IMG/VR virus record: IMGVR_UViG_3300031857_000071
Coordinates: 1 to 18,270 of that record
Strand: one strand, 5' to 3'
DNA: 18,270 nucleotides
From: a virus
Taxonomy: Duplodnaviria; Heunggongvirae; Uroviricota; Caudoviricetes
Position numbers and translations under genes: made by a program. Each line of letters opens with the position of its first letter. The first letter of the stretch is position 1. Positions 9,001-15,607 of the stretch are shown here, piece by piece. The notes under the pieces are model-generated. The model worked only from the letters and a program-made list of their open reading frames with translations, was not told where the DNA came from and did no database searches.

Positions 9001-9646
9001 AAAGGCCGATACGTTTTGTTGGTGTGTTACCATACTTCTGTACAATAATGGTTTGTGGTTGCAATGACACAAAGTTACCAATTGAATAACGTGAATATGT
9101 TCCGTCATCATTTTGTATATCAGAAAAAGAATAACCATTAACAATATAAAAAACACCTTCAGAAATAGAAGCTGTTGTAGAAGTGCCTGTAAAGTTAGTT
9201 GCATTAAGTTGTGCAACTGAAGCCGTATCAGTGGAGTAAATTACATCACTACCCGAAAATTGTTTACCTGACAAGTAAGTAACAACCAAAGTTGGTGCGT
9301 CTGTTGACGTAGCTTCTTCCGTTGCGATAACCTTCGCATAAATTGTACCAGTACTGTCAGTAATAATTTGATTTAGAAAGTCAGATGCTGTAATGTCGTT
9401 ATCATTATAGGTTGCATTCAGTTTCAAATAGATTGCGTTCGTATTAACTGTGACCTGTCCACCGGATACAGGAGTATTCTGTTTGAAAATGTGATTAGCA
9501 AATTTACTAATCTGGTCCTGTAGAATGGTCTGAGATTGTGTTAATTCTCTAGCCTGAACCGCACGACCTGGACGGAATAAAATTCTGTGGTAGTGGTTAT
9601 TTGGGTCGAAATCGTCATAGTATGGATCGACATTGAAGTTAAGCAT
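3086..9646 (-). CDS. vrlC: VrlC-like / DUF4815 large virion structural protein (2186 aa)
   Basis: Recognisable motifs are the N-terminal PYYDDFDP...ILFRPGRAVQARELTQSQTILQDQI, the central RRWAMSDI...IEYYTSLSLLEK...LNRFKNGILVDNF, and the C-terminal FSQFAIKIVL...DLRVLAL. The SD-like AAAGGA lies 5 nt upstream of the ATG. Confidence 0.88.
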   Translation of the reverse strand: MLNFNVDPYYDDFDPNNHYHRILFRPGRAVQARELTQSQTILQDQISKFANHIFKQNTPVSGGQVTVNTNAIYLKLNATYNDNDITASDFLNQIITDSTGTIYAKVIATEEATSTDAPTLVVTYLSGKQFSGSDVIYSTDTASVAQLNATNFTGTSTTASISEGVFYIVNGYSFSDIQNDDGTYSRYSIGNFVSLQPQTIIVQKYGNTPTKRIGLSISEYVSDYVTDPNLLDPAVGATNYQAPGADRYTITLTLDTRPIELGSDSGFIELTRITSGIIQRLVDGTVYGVINDYFAKRTYDTNGDFVVQDFRVIPKANTTPGSSNTTYQLQIGKGVAYNKGYRVENTLDVTLEAPRARTTEAINNNFLSVDYGNFLYINNANGVFDTSSVVAVDFHCINANSSLVTTNTTTYNSTKVGSGYLRGLSHYSASDAANTQTYVYKAYVSDFQNAVLTGTVASATTSTVTFTDTTGKFNGTVANSYFNVALTIDSGPGAGYAGRIVGYNHSTKTATVDTAFAVTPTSSSTFSLRFDTKNYNMMVAPTSTGFNRSASAGIDPALGKTPNNVSNGNTVLLNGVSPELLFNVGYPYLFNLSDTSYSSWKTTRTVSFASGIAQFNLGTADLTFNGTSSAIQSAAEVQANWIVVVTDGAASGFGTGNVINFTTGSATRKIELDSTKKIATLTAGSSTFTATIIAKVAVTNAGTTSLALKSKNLTTANTTGVNLSGTNVGGIRVDLVNSQVYIPYANLVTPGSKQSLYISDVKRIVKIIDTGTPTTVPTNAMLTNSAYDVTNNFLFDNGQTDTYYGHSSIRLKVGAPPPKGALLVLLDYYLHSGGDGYFSVNSYLGAGDGGVSTKPENYAEIGTYTSKAGTSYLLRDAVDFRLSQVNAQSTFAFRYSGSISTTGGALLPQDLTNFITDYTHYLGRKDYLVLTKDNNFKIIQGKPANTPTFPSEPDGSLLLGKITLDPYTAYLPGEYNSRVMPNLSFEKVQHRRWAMSDISDLQTRVNNIEYYTSLSLLEKQAADLQIPDARGLNRFKNGILVDNFTSFSTADTGNADYSAKINKRLSFMTATDWVLNAPLFAKDGFNSYGSLSAAAQTALGYKYHTSTGGASTLITLPYTSANLAVQKLASNTISLNPFAVTIGEGLLDINPPMDMWVSSTRDPDILITDPNMSIYQAGTTLNQLAATDWQAISGTTYDTTSASGRTVTVSTYQSQARQTISGNYDKVSSLNGTYLTDVTLLPYIRGQNLIVRAKGMKINTPVSVFFDNQKVNDYFIQPNSVTLTNVTGTFNDGDVVGFFTAGTFTPTARVVSVTKLSSTSVRLYLTSDKKTSTYSTTATLQNATFDQTGVYSGFTASGTYSNATSTQVSLSGELQASSGTLSTLPGGGFYYSGVTSLTLGPAASSVTDFYVGSTIKITTGNQRQTATKAVIGQQWVGDWEWGFWLEDLYGDVFSWENKNEYYTATITAYNGTTKVATLGNPVNVSIGTNGTVYGQPSVRSRINSGYSITGTTFLISQAGSSAKVPVLSTDEQGNFSGIFEVPANTFKTGDRLLRVDNRSTDFDPDSATTFAQGIFTASSLATKSQSLNFGATVQAAAKSTVFTSIQNRDNVLINQFSYTVDPVAQTFIIDKSTYPNGAFIKSIKVYFKTKPTATNSPAVKMFITDTVNGYPDGQAIDGTLVVKTAQQINVSSTPQYLDPASYTEFTFDAPVYIRSGNLYAFVLQTTTPDYEIWVAAQNAIAVPSSVKNLPTDATPTTLTKIGGTPYIGSLFESQNGITWSADQTKQMMFVIDNCVFNTLAAPTVQYIVPKQVPMRKLVNSDLEYFANNANNLTNLDGNYFGRDVRADAFNVTVTDFTPTGTSLSYTYTPKLYSDYSIDSTRDVQPGRYATTMPDHIYLDDGKGSRVIDSNSATSFVLAASMATTDKYVSPVIADDGTSVYVIKYSINNMSLANTDINVTSGNTVGVTANYSSTPPTVTISAPTASGGSQAYATANLVYNPATTGFYVDKINITTPGSGYIQTPTITIASNGTVSATAVVSGETSAKGGNGLARYITKPVVLSPENISGDLRVYYTAYKPLGSQVYVYYKILNNNDTANLNDQNWVLMTNVGESPNSFSLSRDDLREYVAAPGTGGQADNQISYTSTDGSTFTTFSQFAIKIVLATSDTTKTPIVHDLRVLALPSGV

Positions 9647-9655
9647 TTTTGTCCT

Positions 9656-11032
9656 TTAGTATCCTAAAACCAATTTAAAAAGTTCAGAACCATCAGCATT
9701 TCTTTGAACAGGTTCTCTGTTTTCTAAGTAGGTCAAATAACCCGAGAATGGTATAAAATCTGGTGTTTGTTGTTGTAATACCACTCTTGATGTGCCTGAT
9801 GTGGCACCATACAAGAGCGCACTGTTGTTTGCAGTACCTTGTGTATTTATTAACTTTACCGTATTGGTTCCAACATCAAAACTTAAAACTGTTGCAGTAT
9901 ATGTTGCAGAAGCCAACAAACCGTTTGTTGATTGGAATACTGTTTCATCTGGTGTATATGCACCAAAACCTTGTGACACAACAAAATCTGTGGTTGTTTT
10001 GTAAATGACAGCATTTGCACGGCCAATTGATGTACCAAAATAAGCATATGGATTTACTAACAGACCAATTTGTCTGAAATCTATGTCTGTAGGTAGTTTC
10101 CCACCTTCATCTTTAGTAAATTTGGCCGTCATCATAATGTGTCTGACACCCAATTCTGAAACTGGATTATAACCGTGCCCGCCAATTGGTGATGCTGGCG
10201 CAATAGCAACTGCATTGGAACCTAGAGTTGAACTGATTGTTACGTTTGCATACGAATAATTTGAACCAGTATTTGCAACCACAATATCGGTGATAGAACC
10301 AGAAACTACAGTAGCGTTTGCTGTAGCATATTGCCCGTCACCTGTGACTGTTACTGTGATGGTTGCATTCGATGGATCATATCCGGTTCCACCATTCGTC
10401 ACGTTAATTACATCAACGCTTCCACGACCAGCAAAAGTATATACTGGATTAGGTATGGTAGTGGCGATTGGTACTGGCATCCATGCATCATCCATAAACT
10501 TCATTTTGCTACCTGAAGTAATAGTGTACATATATTTCCACTTGTAATCATCGGCACCTTGGAAAATCTGGTTCGCATTGAAGTTTCCAGGCTCAAAGAA
10601 TGGCTCTGTGCTTACTACACCTCCATTATTGTTCCATAGGCACTTAAACACTTGGTCGAAACGATTCTTAACATAGAAACGTTTCAGAATAGTTCCGTTT
10701 GTGTCGAGTGCAAACATGTCGATATCATCTCGATAATAATCATAAACTTCACCAGAAGTCCAGTTTATTCTTTCGATGACAGGAGACATATCAGAAGACG
10801 TAATCTTCTTAGCAACGAACATGTTTTTAAAAGTATCTTTAAGGTACTTTTGGTCTTCAGTTGGTGCTGGAGGAACTGTCTCAGAGGTCCACGCTTTTAC
10901 ACGTGATAGGAAACAATAGAACGTACCGAGATATTCACCTGTTGTTGAAATCGTGGATGATGGCGAATAATACATCGCCGATGACTGGTAATATCCGTTC
11001 GTGTTGGTTAGAATACCTGTATTTGCTGACAT
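9656..11032 (-). CDS. gp8: Baseplate wedge subunit gp8 (458 aa)
   Basis: Contains the T4 gp8-type motifs KKITSSDMSPVIERINWTSGEVYDYY, FYVKNRFDQVFKCLWNN, YKWKYMYTI and FRQIGLLVNP. SD AGGA is upstream. Confidence 0.9.
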   Translation of the reverse strand: MSANTGILTNTNGYYQSSAMYYSPSSTISTTGEYLGTFYCFLSRVKAWTSETVPPAPTEDQKYLKDTFKNMFVAKKITSSDMSPVIERINWTSGEVYDYYRDDIDMFALDTNGTILKRFYVKNRFDQVFKCLWNNNGGVVSTEPFFEPGNFNANQIFQGADDYKWKYMYTITSGSKMKFMDDAWMPVPIATTIPNPVYTFAGRGSVDVINVTNGGTGYDPSNATITVTVTGDGQYATANATVVSGSITDIVVANTGSNYSYANVTISSTLGSNAVAIAPASPIGGHGYNPVSELGVRHIMMTAKFTKDEGGKLPTDIDFRQIGLLVNPYAYFGTSIGRANAVIYKTTTDFVVSQGFGAYTPDETVFQSTNGLLASATYTATVLSFDVGTNTVKLINTQGTANNSALLYGATSGTSRVVLQQQTPDFIPFSGYLTYLENREPVQRNADGSELFKLVLGY

Positions 11033-11044
11033 TATATAATCCTA

Positions 11045-12646
11045 TTATGCGTATGTGACTGCACAGAAAGTGTTTGCCAAGTCGCCATTGATACTGAAGT
11101 ATTGTAGCTTTGCTGATCGACCCGATGCAACAGAGAGTGCTGTACCACCTGTTGTTGAATTGTTTGCAAGGCAACCCAGATTTATTGTTTGTCCGTTACC
11201 TGCGGTGTTTGTTAGCCATACCTCAACAACTTTACCATAAGTATAGTTTGAGAACGACATAGTAAGTGTTGAACTGAATGTAGCTCTAACCATTGAATCT
11301 GTTGCAAAATCGATTGTGATTGCGGTCTGTGCGCCAGTTAAAATTTTTGGTGTATAAATGAAACCTTTTGCTGGATTTACAACACCATCAAATGTAACAG
11401 AATCTCCATTAAAAGTTGCAATTTCATTAACAGTATTTGTACCGGTTGCTACGTTATAGAAAACAATTTTTGAGCCACGGTTCGTATCGCTGTAGTTCTC
11501 AGTAGCAACAATATCAACACGGGCAACACCAAGTGGCGCAAAGCCTGTTGTGCCCCAACCATTGCCAGCCAAACGCATTAAAACGTCATTGTTTTGTGTC
11601 GCTGTTGGTGATACTACTGTACCACGTGCTGTTCTTCCTGCTATAATACCATAAGCTGAACCATCGGTACTAAACGAATCAAAAATAATTCTGGATGGCG
11701 TGTTAGCTTTTCCAGTAATATGCAACATTGTTCCGGACTGTGAAGGTGATTGAACTGTTGCAGTCGCTTTGATTGTCAACGCCGCTTCTGTGGCACCAAA
11801 AGTGGAGTTAGCCAGTGTGAATGTTCCATTAACGAAACCATCACCAGAGATGTAAAAATCACCGGAAGTTGCAACTCCAAATGTATTTGCGAGTGCAGAG
11901 TTTGCCTTGTTGAATGCGGCTTGCGTGAATACGTTTGCTGTTGAGATGTTCGATGTAATTTCACCACGAAGTATTGCAACGTTAGATGTGATTTCACCAC
12001 GCAATGTCGCAACGTTGCCTGTAATCTCGCCACGGAGAGTAGCAACGTTTGCAGAAATTCTGGTGTTAACAATAGAGTTGGCAGAAACCGCATTCGCTGT
12101 GACAACTGAGTTGATTGAGTTTGACCAGATACCAGATGAGTCTATGTAGCCAACAATGTTTGCAGTTTCAAGGCCACCAACCACAAAGTTAACCTTACCT
12201 GTTGAGTTGGTTGTACCAATGGCCAAGTTACCTTTGTTTGTTCCCGAAGATGAAATATACAAGTAACCATCATGTGCTTGTGTCGATGAGTATGCTGGAT
12301 CGGAGTAGGTTGATCCGTTGATACCCATATCGATGAAATGATCTGTGTCATTACCATCATTGGCCGTAACAACAAAGTCTCCTGAACCCGAAGATGTTTG
12401 GTTCTCTAAGTTGACTTGAATGTATGTTGCAGAATTACCTGTAAACTGACCTACAACGTTTGGTAAAATTGTAAAATTGTTACCCACAACCAAGTTATTA
12501 TTTGAATAAAGTCCTGCGGCCAATGTGGTAAGTGTAATCTTACCAGTGATGTTGGTTGGAATGTCAACACCAACCAGCACGGTATTTGCCGTGTTGGCAT
12601 TGATTGAAGTGATTGATGGTAAATCGGTTATTTTTACTGTTGACAT
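11045..12646 (-). CDS. Putative short fibre / baseplate appendage protein (533 aa)
   Basis: N-terminus MSTVKITDLP resembles fibre N-termini. It also has a DFVVTANDG...IDMGINGS..YSDP...DGYLY domain, hendecad repeats, an AAFNKANSA motif, an ARGTxxxPTA...ENYSDTNRGSKI domain and a beta-rich C-terminus. SD AGGA is upstream. The function is inferred. Confidence 0.7.
   Translation of the reverse strand: MSTVKITDLPSITSINANTANTVLVGVDIPTNITGKITLTTLAAGLYSNNNLVVGNNFTILPNVVGQFTGNSATYIQVNLENQTSSGSGDFVVTANDGNDTDHFIDMGINGSTYSDPAYSSTQAHDGYLYISSSGTNKGNLAIGTTNSTGKVNFVVGGLETANIVGYIDSSGIWSNSINSVVTANAVSANSIVNTRISANVATLRGEITGNVATLRGEITSNVAILRGEITSNISTANVFTQAAFNKANSALANTFGVATSGDFYISGDGFVNGTFTLANSTFGATEAALTIKATATVQSPSQSGTMLHITGKANTPSRIIFDSFSTDGSAYGIIAGRTARGTVVSPTATQNNDVLMRLAGNGWGTTGFAPLGVARVDIVATENYSDTNRGSKIVFYNVATGTNTVNEIATFNGDSVTFDGVVNPAKGFIYTPKILTGAQTAITIDFATDSMVRATFSSTLTMSFSNYTYGKVVEVWLTNTAGNGQTINLGCLANNSTTGGTALSVASGRSAKLQYFSINGDLANTFCAVTYA
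11951..12049 (-). repeat. Three 33-bp (11-aa) hendecad repeats NVATLRGEIT[GS]
   Basis: NVATLRGEITG / NVATLRGEITS / NVAILRGEITS read directly from the sequence. Confidence 0.92.
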
Positions 12647-12649
12647 TTT

Positions 12650-15607
12650 TTATCCTAAAATAATTTCTCTGTTATCTTGCGTTACGATATTCATACCATT
12701 TTGTGTTATCAGTTCTGGGTAGTAGACTGTACCAAGTGAGTTGTAGAATTCGACATTCGTTGTTGCTATTGTTCTTCCAATTGAAACGTTTGCTGTATTC
12801 GATGAGAATGGTATTGTTGTATTAGCAAAGATGACATTGTTAGAATAACTAACATATGTTACTGTACCATGGAACGTGCTTGCACCATTTACAACCCTAA
12901 TTCTATCTCCAATGAATACAATATCACGCATTTTGTTTGCGGTGTTACTGTACTGACCGTCATTGATAACATCATATTGACCTGTCGCAGACAATATATT
13001 TATTCTATTATTGGAGGTCAATACGTTTGCAGTTGCAACGTTTGCAAATGATAAGAATACGTTGTCACGAATCACTGCTGTATTGCCTACGTGATTTACC
13101 GAAATAATCTCAGAGAATACATTTGGACCGTATGGATATATCAAAGAAATGAGTGAACCCGGTAGTGCAATGTTTGCAATGTTTGCACCAACAAGCGCAT
13201 CAAATTTAATAATGTTATTACTTGCATTTTCAAACGTAGAATACATCGATGCATTTGAACCTGGATCACCAGTATAGAAACCTAATGTGTGCGTATTCGA
13301 TTGATGTGTTTCCACATCAACCAACATAGTTTGCTCAGATTTTAATGCATTGATTGGAATAACTTTTGTTCCTGATGGATGCAATAGTTTAAACAACACT
13401 TCTTTGTATGCTTCAAAAGATTTTTGTACAGTTAAATCATATGTGAAGTTATTGTAATCTTCATTCTCAAGAATCTGGTTAGAACTTGCAAAACCATCAT
13501 CGTTTAGGTACTGACCTGTACCAATAATCAAACCGTTCAAAAACTTTGCTGTTGCAACTGCGGCACCGTTACCATATGTTCTAATACCATTTTGGTAAAT
13601 ATATTCACCTGTTTCGGCATTTGTTGTCGTGAAGTTGGTGTCGAGGTCTAGGTAAAGGTTTGCACCAATTGCACGTTCGGTTGATTTCAACTGAAGGTTG
13701 GTTTTTGTATTTGATGTGTAGTTATAAACCCTCAAAACATATTTTGAGTTTGCCTGCACTGCATTAGACTCATATAGTGAAATCGAATCTACATATGCTC
13801 TGAACACGGCCGAATTTACATTTGAACCCTGATAAATCAAATCACCATTTTTAATAATGTTTGAGGGGGAAACGTTTGTAACCATGAGGTCACGTACTTT
13901 AAGGGAAACTCTTGGTGCTTCAATATAATCTTCACCAAAATTCTCAATGATGAAAGATGTGATAGCACCAATACCACGTTCATCTGCAACAGGTGTCAAG
14001 TCTGCACCGTCACCAAGAACCGTATTGACACGGAGAGATGCACCTGAACCACCTGAAGTTGTTACTGTGAGTGTTGGTAAGTTTGTTTGTTTATAACCCA
14101 AACCATTTTTAGGGTATGTAACAACCTGATTGGTTGTATTTGAGTAGATATATTCTGTTGATGTAATTGAACCAGTTGCATTCACACTCACATTAGCCCT
14201 AGCACCTACACCACCGGCAGAGTCTGTAAAGTTAATGATATCACCGTTCGCATATCCAGTTCCGGGTGTAACAATTTGAATAGGACCTAACATGCCCAAT
14301 GATCCTAATATACCCTTGATTTTTAAATTTTCTGTAGTCTGTGGGTCTGTTGTGTCATATAATGAAAATGCTTTTACTGAGGGGAGTGTTTTGTATCCAC
14401 CGCCACCGTTATTTAATACTACTGATTGTATAGGATATGTGGAAAATCCAACAAAAGTAAATGCATTTGCTAAAGAACAAACTGAGTTTGCCGATGTGTT
14501 TGCTGGAAAAAATGGATAAGAAGATGCACCAATTTGTGTTGCCGCAAACAGAGACAGACTCATGTAATTTTGTGGAACGAATGCCACATTAATTTCACCT
14601 GATGGATTAACAGTACCAACGTTAGCGATAGCACCAGAACCTCCACCACCAAGTATCCTGATGTATGTGTTCGGGTCTGGTCTATAACCATATGATCCAT
14701 TTACAACCGTAATATCACGGAGGGAACCTGTCGTTGTTTCATATACATATGCTGTTGCACCAATGCCGTTTGCAGAGTTTAAACCACCATAGAATACAAC
14801 TGGATCACCAGAATATGTTGGTGATCTACCATTATAAAGTTGTCCACGTTTGGTTGAGTTGATGTTAACTGCTGAAATGGAACCAAGAATCTTAGCCCGT
14901 AATACGGTTGCACCTACAGTTCCTTCTGAAACTACTTTTGAATCTTTAAAATAAAGCGTTTGATTGTTATTGTCAACTACTATTACATCTTCACCCGAAA
15001 CAAATAGACGTTCGATGTTGGCGATGTAAACTTCTGTTCTATTTCCAACAGCAACACTTCTTTCAACTGTTGCAATAGATTTTGATGTTTCACCAAACAA
15101 TCTGTAGTTGTTGATTGACAACCATTGTTCATCATTAGTTGCGAGTCTCAGACTCTTAGAAACGTACCACTTACCATCGGATGCTTTGAAAATAACATCA
15201 CGTGTTAGAAAAATTTCAGCATCCGAATTGTACAATGCACGGAATAAAAATTGATAAGAAGCTGGTGTACCCTTGCGTGAGTACAACTCTTTAGCCATTC
15301 TAATCAGTTTGCTTTTATCTGCAAGACAATCTGCTGGAAAATTTGGTAAAAATTGGTTGATATAATAATCAATAAATTTATTGAATGTTTCACCAGGCTC
15401 CACAAAATCTATGTCTTGATAGTTCAAAAGATTTTGTGTTCCGTAAATAACACCTTCTTTACCAGAACCAATGTTCTGTTGTTCCATCCATTCATAGTAT
15501 GCCTGAATGAATGCAACGAAAGTTTGGTAGTTATCATCAGACCTGATAAACTCAGGTAACTGATAAGGAACTTTTAACGAGGTTTTTTTGGCGAAATCAG
15601 TAGTCAT
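12650..15607 (-). CDS. gp7: Baseplate wedge initiator gp7-like protein (985 aa)
   Basis: Contains QLPEFIR...FVAFIQAYYEWME, YSRKGTPASYQFLFRALYN and YKEVLFKLLHPSG, typical of gp7-like proteins of aquatic T4-like phages. It lies directly after gp6. Confidence 0.8.
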   Translation of the reverse strand: MTTDFAKKTSLKVPYQLPEFIRSDDNYQTFVAFIQAYYEWMEQQNIGSGKEGVIYGTQNLLNYQDIDFVEPGETFNKFIDYYINQFLPNFPADCLADKSKLIRMAKELYSRKGTPASYQFLFRALYNSDAEIFLTRDVIFKASDGKWYVSKSLRLATNDEQWLSINNYRLFGETSKSIATVERSVAVGNRTEVYIANIERLFVSGEDVIVVDNNNQTLYFKDSKVVSEGTVGATVLRAKILGSISAVNINSTKRGQLYNGRSPTYSGDPVVFYGGLNSANGIGATAYVYETTTGSLRDITVVNGSYGYRPDPNTYIRILGGGGSGAIANVGTVNPSGEINVAFVPQNYMSLSLFAATQIGASSYPFFPANTSANSVCSLANAFTFVGFSTYPIQSVVLNNGGGGYKTLPSVKAFSLYDTTDPQTTENLKIKGILGSLGMLGPIQIVTPGTGYANGDIINFTDSAGGVGARANVSVNATGSITSTEYIYSNTTNQVVTYPKNGLGYKQTNLPTLTVTTSGGSGASLRVNTVLGDGADLTPVADERGIGAITSFIIENFGEDYIEAPRVSLKVRDLMVTNVSPSNIIKNGDLIYQGSNVNSAVFRAYVDSISLYESNAVQANSKYVLRVYNYTSNTKTNLQLKSTERAIGANLYLDLDTNFTTTNAETGEYIYQNGIRTYGNGAAVATAKFLNGLIIGTGQYLNDDGFASSNQILENEDYNNFTYDLTVQKSFEAYKEVLFKLLHPSGTKVIPINALKSEQTMLVDVETHQSNTHTLGFYTGDPGSNASMYSTFENASNNIIKFDALVGANIANIALPGSLISLIYPYGPNVFSEIISVNHVGNTAVIRDNVFLSFANVATANVLTSNNRINILSATGQYDVINDGQYSNTANKMRDIVFIGDRIRVVNGASTFHGTVTYVSYSNNVIFANTTIPFSSNTANVSIGRTIATTNVEFYNSLGTVYYPELITQNGMNIVTQDNREIILG

